A stretch of 64,000 bases of DNA from Asterias rubens (Eukaryota), in the NCBI RefSeq assembly GCF_902459465.1, contig NC_047079.1:5580001-5644000 (forward strand), read 5' to 3'. How positions within the stretch are numbered: position 1 is the stretch's first letter; every line of letters starts with the position of its first letter. This document shows positions 29,955 through 41,125 of this stretch, one piece after another. The notes under the pieces were generated by a model, which was not told the DNA's origin, did no database searches, and saw only the letters and a list, made by a program, of their open reading frames with translations. The translations under genes and the position numbers were made by a program.

Positions 29955-31064
29955 TTAAAACAGAAGTTGTTCACACTATACTTGGATAAAACCAACATCT
30001 TCTTGACTAAATTTCTCAGACTGAATTTCTCAAAATTCATTTTAACAGTTCAGGCCTGTAACTTCATCGAGTTTATTTAAAAATTATCACAATACATGTA
30101 CATTCATACAAATTTATCAAATATATATATTCTTTTCATTTAAATTACCCAAGTACATAATATTTTTTCCATACAAATTATAACAGTGGTAAAATTGGAT
30201 AGAGCTTTGGTCTATAAAATATTTCAGAAAATGATAAAAAAATCAAATTAAAAAAGTCACAAAATTAATTTTCACAATAAAATACCACATACCTGCTTTG
30301 AGTTGTACTCATATTTGGCCATCAATTGTTGCCCATGATGGACAAATTCCAATTTGTGGATTCGGGTCCTATTCATGGCACCTGTGTCCCTGATCGAGAC
30401 ACTTCTAGTCATAAGTGCCCGGCCCTTTGGATGGGACGTAAAGCCTTGGGTCCTGTGTGTCATGACATTAGGAGAGAAAGCTTGCCCTGTGTTACTGGCA
30501 GTAATATGCAACACCTCACCTTGTGCCCCTGGTAATTGTCTTCTTGCTACACCTCATAAAATTATTAATAATCATCTCTAAAAGCACACTATCCCAAATT
30601 AAATCAGCTTTCAAATAAAAAAATAACTAACTCAGAGATCCAAGCCCATGAAGAAGCAAATATTGCTTATTTTAAGAAGCAGAAAACAATTTAAACAAAT
30701 TCTGATCATGAGAAAATCGAAAAGCAAACAACAGGGTATTCTGGGCACAATTTCACAAAGCTTTTAATGGGTAATTTGTGCTTGCATTGGTAGGAAAATA
30801 GCATTACTTAATCCAGGGCCTAATTTCATACAACCAGTCAGTAAAAAACTTGCTAACCACAGACAAATCTTGCTTAACAGAAACTGGTTACCAACCAAAA
30901 ATCCATACATTTTACAATGTTGCAACTGGTTCTCCACTCATTTTTCACTACCAAAGAAATTTGCATCGCAATATTTTCTGCTTAGCAGCGCTATGAAATC
31001 TGTCCCTGGCTGGCACTGTTTTCCCATTTACCAAATTGTTTTCTGCTTAGCTGGCTTTAGCAGC

Positions 31065-33343
31065 TTATGGTCTTTCCCCGGAAGCCATTTTCCGATTGAT
31101 GTCGTCAATGACAGGAGGCAGGTCTTTCACGCTATCAATGACGTAGTGACACCCGCATTCCGCTAAAATGTTGTAGGCGTTCTTCAGACGGCGTGCGTAC
31201 TCGACAGTGTCCATGTCCGCCATTTGCTTCTCACTGGCAGCCATATAGTTACCCTGGAAACAAAAACAAAAAACATATTGTGTGTTCTTGTTGCACCGAT
31301 TCACATGGGCCCAATTTCAAGCTTAACAGTAAGCAAATTTTTGTGCTTAAAAAGTAGCACAATAATGTGCTTAACGGTAAGCTTTTTCACAGGTAAGACA
31401 GAAAAAAAGGCGGTCAGCTTGGATGCTCACCATGGATAGTTACATTTTTAGTCAATCATTTTCATACAGTAAGCACTGGAAGGTAAGCATGCCTTTTCGT
31501 GTGCTTGCAATTAGCAGTGCTATGAAAAGGAAACTCACGCAGTAAATCACAAAAACAGATCATTAAGAGGCTCTATGGGCCCAATTTAATAAAGCTGCAT
31601 AAAACAGAAAATATTGCTAAAGATTTATGCTTACTGCAGGCTTAATCAAATTGGGCCCAGTTTTGTGTCATCGATAGCTTTAAGTGAGATAACTTGATAC
31701 CAGTGAGTTTGAAATTGACTTACAGTTTTTGCCACTCCGACTGTCCAACATCCAGCAGCCAGTCCTTCCCTGATTCCATCAACGGTATCGTCAACCTTTA
31801 TATTCAATGACAGGTTTACAAATCATTAACCACTACTCAAAAAGACCTTTGCAATCTAAGGGTTCTGGCTTAGTGCTAGAAGTCTCTTATTTGCAAATTC
31901 ATATATTGTAACAATAGAAAAGGTGTTAAATGTAAAATAGCTATAAACTAACCAATTTTAATAATCAAAACATCACATAAATGTTTTCCTAACAAAATTC
32001 GTATGCATCTTTGCCAAACAAATACTCCCCCGTGAGCTGAGAAAGATTAAAGGAATGTTATTGGCCCAATGACCAGGGGTCGATTTCACAAAGAGTTGGG
32101 ACTAGTCCTAACTTAGGACTAGTCCTAGGAGATATACAAGTTGCATGGATAGTCCTAACTGGTCCTAACTCGAGATAAGACTATTTTTTAAGGCTATTTT
32201 TTATTCCACCAACCTTTATGATGGCTTCAATGGGGTGCACGTCAAGCTTGATGGCATTCAACCACACCATGTGAGGGCAGGGTCTGGCCTGGGGTACAAG
32301 ATCTGCGGTCACGATGACGTCTGGGATGAAACCCTGACTTGCTGCGATCTCCTTCAGGTCGGCCATGATGGGGGAGGTGAACCCGGTACAGGAACCGATC
32401 TTCAAACCGCAGTGAAGTCGAAGATGATTCACTACTGTCACAACCCCTGGAAAAAAAAAATAATAATAATAATATTTAAAACAGATTTACTTGACAAGTC
32501 TTACAAGTTCTACAATCCAGTTTTTTTTGGGTCAAAACACTTACAAAATCTCTTAAACCTTATGTGAGGAATTACAGAGATGTGTGAAGTATTACTTTAC
32601 TAGGATATCAAGAATTTCTGTTGATGGGAAGAAGGGAAAAGGTAAATACAATGCATGTAAACAGACAACCTTCTATCATGTCGCCATGGTTCTTCAGAAC
32701 CTGTCGCTGGAGTGGAACAAATTTCTTGTACATGGACTCAATGTCATCCTCTGTGGGTGGCTTTCCGTCGTGTGCTTCCATCCAACGTTTGCGGACAGAC
32801 GAGAGCTCCAGCACTTTCTGAATATGAACCTGTGAAAATGAAAATTCACAAAAGAACCGTTGACTTTTTCGTTCATTCGCTCCAACATCTTGTGTGTTTA
32901 ACTTACTGTTTATTGTATCATAACTCTGTGGCCTCACTAGACCTGATCGCCTACTTCACGGAGATGATTGCCTCCATGGCCCCCTGGCCCTTGAATTGCT
33001 CCAGTAGAAATTTACAATTTCCTCATAGGTTGCCCTTTACCAAGAAGAAAATGCCTTGATGCCCTTGCCCATTCAAAAACGAAGCATACGATAACAGGCC
33101 TGCCTCACTGAATTTTGACCAGTCCCAATCTACACGTAAAGCTGCAGGCCTTGAACTTTGCTCTTGTCGGGGCACGGCAGTTTTCCACGGTTAAGGGGCA
33201 CTCTATGATAAAAATGTGCAATGTTTTACTGTGTACATTTGTTAATCTTTTATCTTAAGTGCACTTCTGTAGATTGTTATTAGCTGGGATCCATGGGAGA
33301 ACAGTGAGTTTTTCTTACTAAATGGATTTCCCATGATAAACAA

Positions 33344-33374
<31 letters not shown>

Positions 33375-34809
33375 AATGTACATTTCTATTGGACTTTTGC
33401 AATGGGCACCAGTGCAAAAAGCACCATCGCAATTGCTGTGGGTATCTTGGGTTAAAAGCTGCAGCTAAAAAAGAAATCGCCCCAGGGCTAACAAATTTCT
33501 TGCAGGGTGCTGTATAGCCCTCTAGTCAGGACTGACAGGAAGAGGAGATCCTCCGAGGATCTCCTAAATAACATTCCTAATGGATTTATTTCTTGACGGT
33601 GGGTAACCTACTTTCTTATGAGTCCCCATCGGTCCCCTTGCCTCCTCATCCGTGATGGCCACTCCTTCACCCTTGAAGATTTCAACAAAGGTGTAGGCCG
33701 GAGCGAAGACTCCACAGTCAACGACCGTTCCCGCCCAGTCAAAGATAACTGCTTTTACTTTGCCCACATATCTCCTGGTGTGGTGATAAGGCATTAGTGG
33801 GTTGCTCCATGGAGCTGAATTTAAGAAATAAACAATAAAAAAAATAGTAATAATAATTATGACAAGATTTTTATTCATTAGCATTAGCATTTGACATAGA
33901 CTTCACAATTTAAGTTCTAACCCCCCCCCCCAATTTTTTTTTTAAAGAAATAAAGGTTCAACAAATAAGTCAAAACATTTTTTTTTTTCCCTGGCTGTCG
34001 CCCCCCCCCCCCCCCCCCCCCCACCCCTGTCACAAGTTGTTTTTTCTCTAACAATTTTGATTTAATAAGGGCATTATCAATCATAAAATAACACAGTTTG
34101 TTTAAAGTAAGAAGTATTACTTTTAGTTTTAGCGAATGTAACAATTAAAGATAAAAATAAATTAAGTACAAATAAATTTATTATTAATATAAGGTTAATT
34201 AAGTATAAATAATATTTATTACATCATGTACATACACCCAGATGTGGGGCAACAGATCTACGGATCGTAGTATGTATTTGCTTTTGTTGTCCCTTGCCCA
34301 TCTTGGGGTATAATGTTGTCAATGTAATTTGTTTTGTACTGTTATGGCGAATAAAATAATAATAATAATAATAACACCCACTTTAAGATTCATAATCATA
34401 TACATTTGGCTTTTGAAATTGGTGGTTCGGTTGACTTGGCAAAATTACATGCGGTCTAAATTAACTTGCCTACAGTTTTTAGAAGAATTGCCAACATTCA
34501 ATTCAATAAATATAAATACTACTACTGAAACTTGAAAGTTTCAGTGAATATTACTACACTCCTATTCCTTCTTTAAAACAAATCTAAGCAATCAAGCGGT
34601 CAATTTAAAAAAAGAAACAATATAACATTCATTTTTACATTTTAAACAATTGTCTAACCATGACACTGACAGCAGTGACACCGACACTGACAATGACATT
34701 CAGTGAACATGTTCAAGTTAATAATTTTTTTAACGTACCCTTTCAATTTCATTTCATTTGTCATAAAGTAAAACCAACCGAATCTAACCCTAAGCTTACC
34801 TGATGCCAT
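31065..34809 (-). CDS. phnX: Phosphonoacetaldehyde hydrolase (phosphonatase, HAD superfamily); exons 34809-34800 (10 nt, least certain), 33814-33612, 32829-32670, 32446-32214, 31795-31724, 31253-31065 (288 aa)
   Basis: HAD motif I in the PhnX form [13 protein letters not shown], cap-domain PMGTHKKVH (Schiff-base Lys and His), motif II IGSCTGF, motif III QARPCP, motif [14 protein letters not shown], and [13 protein letters not shown]. Five GT-AG introns, total 867 nt in frame. Confidence 0.93.
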
Positions 34810-36250
34810 ATTAAATTGCTATTATTAATAATTATGTCGCAAAATGGTGTAACAATAGCTCACACTATCTTCCCAAAACGCTCAAGTAAAAGCAATAATT
34901 GTTCTCGAACATCAAGCACAAGTGAGTGCGTTCAACTTCTCAAAATGTTGCACCCGCCCACCCACATGCTAAAAACAAAGTTCTTTGCATTGGCTGTTTA
35001 TGTTTTTGTTCTCCTAACCCAAAGTAGGACACCCGAATCGAAAATAACGTTGCATAAACAATCATAGGAAAAAAATAAGTAATTAACAGGCAATGTTTAC
35101 CAATGGGCACTACTTCCTCCAACGGATAAATTCATGCTACTAAATTAAAATAAAATTAAATGAAATATGATTTATGTTAACCTAAAGAACAGTCTAATAT
35201 TTATTTTATTTGTTTAAACAAAATGTTTAATTTGATGTTGAGAGATTGTTTGGACCCCGATATCTATTTTTAGATCGAGTTAAATGAGGTCAATTGGGGT
35301 CAAATGAATGAGAGCGTCGGCCATCTTGCTTTTGAAATTGACAATTTACGTGCTTTTTGTGCATCGGTAACAAAACAAGGCATTTATCTCTACTTCAAAC
35401 TTATTTCAGTTCTGAGTGAATGGTCCATATTGGAGAGGAATGCTTACATTATTTCATGAGCCAGGTAATGTATTTGGAGTAATTTTAACTGTTGCAAAAG
35501 CATTTTTGTTCTCGTGAATTTGGATGTTGTGATTGATGTTTTCAATTTCGTGTGTTGTGCAGCGTCTGTACGAACGTCATGTACATGCGAATCCGTACAT
35601 GTACATGGCGCATGATGTTGATCACCAGATAGCACGGAAGTTTAGCTTAGACCGTATATCTGGGTATGTACATCATACATGTACAGTGTACAACCAACAC
35701 AAGTACAATGTTGATGTACGTACTTATTTGATGGTTGATAAACTACATGGGCAGTACCCGTGACATAGCATCGCGAAGACCGCCTAGGCGCCTGACTGAA
35801 TCACTGATTTATCCACATGATGTCATTTCAGTTGGGCGCCCTCACCTATCTAGAGGTCAAAAGGTGGTTGTTCATTGGCCAATTATATTGTGCGCCTCGC
35901 GTCAAATCTGTGCATCTCGATTGTTTCGTCACCGTTTTTCCTGTAAATAAGAATCTTATTAAGTAAGCTAAGATGGTTATTTATAACGTCTATCGTCAAA
36001 CGATAGAGCAACTGAGGAAAGGCATTGAGTAATTTTGACTTGTTAATTAATTGTTGTGGGAAGGGGCATCGAAGGGGCAGTCGAAGCCCCCTGTGTTCCT
36101 TCCCACAATGCTTTTCGACAGTTGAGAAAAATAAGCCAGGTTTCAATGTGAAGACTTGCATGTGAAAGATTACCGTATCCTGCCAAAAAGTGCCACCACA
36201 TTTTCAGAATTACAACATCTACAAGTGAAAAAGTGGTGACAGGGTATGTA
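34810..36250. promoter_or_regulatory. Divergent promoter region phnX / CNOT2, with a probable non-coding CNOT2 exon ending near 36244
   Basis: Head-to-head orientation, a CpG-richer block at 35530-36130, and a donor-like CAGG|GTATGT near 36244 upstream of the ATG-bearing exon whose acceptor is at 37218. Confidence 0.5.
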
Positions 36251-36648
36251 ACTTTCCAAAATGGGGGAAAATTTCCAGAATTGACAAGTGACATTATTTT
36301 GATGTACATGTGTTGTAATTTTCTTTTTTTTTTGACAGGCGCGGTTTGAAAACAACAGAAGTGAAAATGGAAATAGAGTAAGTAATTATTCATCAGGAAA
36401 ACCGTAGAGTTAGGACATAAACAAATTATTTCCTGCCAAATCAAAATGTTTCCTTTGCATTGTTGCCAAACTATAAAGAAGAAAGATACCCCCCCCCCCT
36501 TTTGTTTAACTTAAGGTTAAATTGAGTAACTCAACTATTTATGGTAACTGAATAAACACACGATTTACAATAGTTTGATAAAATGCAACAATAAAAAAAA
36601 CACAGGGAGGCCTGGAGTTATATGGAGGCAATGGCTTCTGTTGCCCTG

Positions 36649-36888
36649 GGCCCAATTTCATAGAGCTGCTAAGCACAATTTGCTTCTAAGCATGAAATTT
36701 CTTCCTTGATAAAAACAGGAGTACCAACCAAGTTTCCATTTTTTGGATATTGCTTGTTACTGGTGTTCAGCTGTTGTTTGCTTATCCTGAAAATCATGTG
36801 GAAATTTAGTTGGTAATCCTGTTTTTATCAAGGCAAAAATTTCATGCTAAGCAAACTTTTGTGCTTAGCAGCTCTATGAAATTGGGCC
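36649..36888. mobile_element. Harbinger-like MITE with CTG target-site duplication, nested in another repeat
   Basis: CTG|GGCCCAATTTCATAGAGCTGCTAAGCACAA...TTGTGCTTAGCAGCTCTATGAAATTGGGCC|CTG. A second copy lies at about 39425-39668, with relatives near 30815-31060, 31310-31640, 48460-48650 and 63850. Confidence 0.85.
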
Positions 36889-37225
36889 CTGGTCTTGATT
36901 CCCCTTCAAAGCATTCCAATAAACTTTAAGACTTTCCAAAGGAAGTGCTCTTTGCAAAATGAAAATGGCCCTCTCAGAGATGAAATTCCAGGCTTTAACT
37001 TTGCCGCAAAAACAGACAAATTTTGTTTTCCTCCATCCAATTCCTACCTTCAGCTACCCGAGTTATTTTCATCTTAAATGTCTTCTTCTATCAGCCCCCA
37101 TACCAAGAGTGCCTCTTAACCTTGCTTGGGACAAAGTTGCATAACAGTATAAAAATACAACAAACATAAACAAATTTGGATTTGGGAAGTTATGTTTCTT
37201 TTTATTTTTGCTCAACAGTCCAGGA

Positions 37226-40200
37226 ATGTCGCAAGATGGGAGGAAAAGTCAACCAGACATGTCTCTAGGTGGTAAGTATTGCATTTCTCACTATAATGCT
37301 AAACAGAAAATATGGGTTAAAGTGCATCAACGGCACTGGACACTATTGTTAATTGCTCAAAGTAATTGTCAGCGTATAAACTTACTTGGCAACGAGCAAA
37401 GGAGAGCTGTTGAAAGTATAAAATTTTGTAAGAAACAGCTCCCTCTGAGGTAGTGTAGTTTTTGAGTAAAATATTTGATGTAGTTTTTCACTAAAATCTT
37501 TGAGTTGATTTCTAGACCTCAGCTGAGTTTACCCTTGCAATATCCTTACAATGATGTGTATTTAGTACAGTATACTCGGTACTTTTCTGAGTTCTGTGAA
37601 GAAAAAGCTACAGGCAAATCTTTCAGGAGTGATTCAAACCCTTGACCTTGGCAGAGGTCTTACCACTGGACCACCGAACTAGCCCGATGGCTAGAGGCAG
37701 TTCGAATCCTTAGCAGTGGGTACCGCAACGAATAAACGAGAAGTGTCGTAAGAGCGCTGAATTCAAACTCTGGTGTTTCTGATCAGCAGAGTGGGGGTTC
37801 GAATCCCCAGCCGTGACACTTGTGTCCTTAAGCAAGACACTTGACCATTGCTTTGGAGTTCGAGTGGGACATAAAGCTGTTGGTCCCATGTGTTGTGTAA
37901 CGCATGTAAAAGAACCCAGTGCACTTCGAAAAGAGAAGGGGTTAGCCCCAGTGTTCCTGGCTGTGGCTGCTTAATGCGCCGTAGCACCTTGTAAACCCTT
38001 ATGAGGTGCTAACTAATTGGGTATTAGAATTCATAACTTTCTGAAAGTTTGTATATATACTAAGCGCCTTGAGTGCCTTGTTTGGTAGCTATATAAGACT
38101 TCGACTTCGATAAAATGAAAAAGTGCCAAAAACACATCAGTGTAAGGGTAAAAACCATATTCTTTATCCCTGCTGCAAAATTCAACATCTTAAAATGTTG
38201 AAAGTAATCTTTACAATAATTGTTCATGATTATTTTTCGCAGATTTTGGTTTGCTGGGTTCAGGCATGAAACTCAAGAACAAGATGGGCTTCTACAAAGA
38301 GAGTGACGCTGACTTCAGCGAGAACTCCGCCTACTTCCCACCCTCCAGCATGTTTACTTCACATAAGGATGTGAGTTTTCTACAACACAACTTCCGAAAA
38401 CTACATCACTTACATTAAATTTGTCAAACATTGTCTTTCTCTGAACCCATATCTATTGCCAAGACAGCTCAATGAACGAGCTAGTGTTATGTCTCAGGCC
38501 CTTATGCTTTGTTTTTGAAAAAGGCAAGGGCACCAAGGCATTTTCTCCTTGGTAAAGGGAACCCTATGAGGAAATTGTCAATTTCTACTATCATGACTGT
38601 AGCACTTCAAGGGCACCAAGGCAATGACCATGAGACATGGAGGCAATCGCCTCGGCTCGTCTTCAGAAGGAAGAGTATACTGTTCAGAACGAGCAGAGTA
38701 TACTGTTTGAAACGTCGAGACCACACCGGCTCTTCTCGGAGCCAAAACACTCACACAAGAGAGGTTTACACATGGTTGTACCCGCAAGTTTACTATTTAT
38801 TTATAGTTTGTTCCTATTTATCCACACCATGCAAAGCTTTAAACAATACTTACAGATAATATTATTACTTTTCTATATGTTGAAGTGTTGTTTATAATAT
38901 CCGTTTGACAATGTTGCATTTTGGATGATGTTTTTACTACTATGCTAAATTCTTTGGATTTTTTTTTTTATCCTCTAGCTATTGACGTCGCAGTCACAGT
39001 CACTTTCGCAGTTTGGCATTTATGGTCAGCATGGTAAGTTTTAAGTCCGTGTTCAAAACAGCGACAGCTACGGCTAGATTAGCGCGTCTGTCAGTGTTAA
39101 CGAATAGGCAGACATCTAGCCGTAGCTGTAACCCAAGGCATCGTTTCGGACACGGCGTTAAACAGATTTTATCAAGTGCTCTTTGGGGATCCCAAATCAT
39201 ACTGTGAAATCATTTTGTTTGTGTAATTTGAAGCCTATTACTGACTGCAAAGTGATGTACTCTGTTCGACAAGTAATTTAACTGTTGTTTGAAACGATGT
39301 CCTATTAAAAAGAATTGCAATAATTCTTTGCACTTTAATGATAACATTGACATAAGCGAACATACTACCCCTGAGTGTAGACCTCGAATTCGGAGGCCAC
39401 AGAGGTCATTGCCTGTGTTGTCCAGGGCCGCGTTTCATAGAGCTGCTAAGCTCAAAAATTTGCTTAGCATGGAAATTCTTCCTTGATAAAAACAGGATTA
39501 CCAACCAAATTTCCATGTGTTTTTCAGGATAAGCAAACAATTAAGCTGAATACCAGTAACAAGCACTATGCAACAAATGGAAATTTGGCTGGTAATCCTG
39601 TTTTTATCAAGGAAGAAATTTCAAGCTAAGCAAATTTTTGTGCTAAGCAGCTCTATGAAGTTGGGCCCTGGTCTTGCCCTTGGTGCCTCTTAAAAAAAAC
39701 GCTTGTGGGTCTGGAGTTCCTCTGAGGCCTTGGCCTTGGTGCCCCTTCAAAGCATTCCCCTCGACGTTAAGATTATCCAGTGGATGTGCCCTTCGCATCT
39801 TCGCATAATGAAAATAGCCTTTCTCTCTCAAAGATGAAATTCCTGCGCTGTGAGTGACTCTTTTTGTTTAAAATAATTTTCCCATGTCCAGGTTTGGGTT
39901 TGCAGCAGGCGCAGTCGCAGCAGCAGCAGTCGGGGATGCAGCGGGGTATGCCCAACCCACAACAACAAACACAGCAGCAGCTTCCCTTCCCGAGTCGCAG
40001 CATGTCAGGTCACCACGGTAGCATAGGAGGACAAATAACACCGACGCCCCCATCACCAAGCAGGTGAGGTCAACAGAACTTGGCTACAGAAATGTTATTT
40101 ATTTACAACTGTCAACAGTCTTCTTACTTGCTGTATCTCATCATATGCATGAAATAACAAATCTGTGAAAATTTGAGCTCAATCTGTCATCGAAGTTGCG

Positions 40201-41050
40201 AGATAATAATAAAAGAAAAAACACCCTTGTCACACGAAGTTGTGTGCTTTTTGATTTCGAGACCTCAAATTCTAAATCTGAGATCTTGAAATGAAATTCA
40301 ATGAAAATAACTTCTTTCTCAAAAACTTTGTTACTTCAGAGGGAGCCGTTTCTCACAATGTTTTATACTATCAACCTCTCCTCATTACTCATTACCAAGT
40401 AAGGTTTTATGCTAACAATTATTTTGTCAAGTAGACAACCGGGCTAATAAACTCTGGGCTTAACTTGCCCCCAGGAAGTTTTAGTACCCCTGATTTTAAA
40501 CATGTATTGTCACAGATGTATCCTGATACACTAATGGTAGAAATCACAACCAGTATAATAGGTAAATAGAGTAAATAGGAACAAATTGATGAATAGCCCA
40601 CCACTAAAATTGTTCTAGCTACAACCCTGATCACCATTATTTGTTATTTGCTTTGATACGATTTTAGGGGAATGTTGCCCGTTGGTCCACGAGTCAGCCA
40701 GGTACAAACGAGTACAAACCAGGGGCCCATGAGCATCCAGAGCAGGGTAGGAACGCTAGGGTCCGGCATGCCCAGTCCAAACAGTAGGACTTCGCCAAGT
40801 TTAGTAGCCATGCAGCAGAAACAACAACAGCAGAGGATGCTTGGAGGGTGAGTTTGAAGAGAGATTCCTGCTAATCGATTGATCAATTAATGAATCGATC
40901 GATCAATGAATCAATCGATCAATCAGTCAATCGATCGATCAACTGATCAATCAATCAATGAATTAATCAATCAGTCAATCAAAAACATAGAGAACTAAAA
41001 ATTATGTGAATGGAAGTGTTTGTTTTGAAAAGTAAAAAAAAATTGAAACG

Positions 41051-41082
<32 letters not shown>

Positions 41083-41085
41083 GCT

Positions 41086-41125
<40 letters not shown>

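Noticed and set aside
34784-34793. CTAACCCTAA, a telomerase-RNA-template-like decamer
   Set aside because: It lies in AT-rich phnX intron 1 on the opposite strand, with no evident pseudoknot or H/ACA context.
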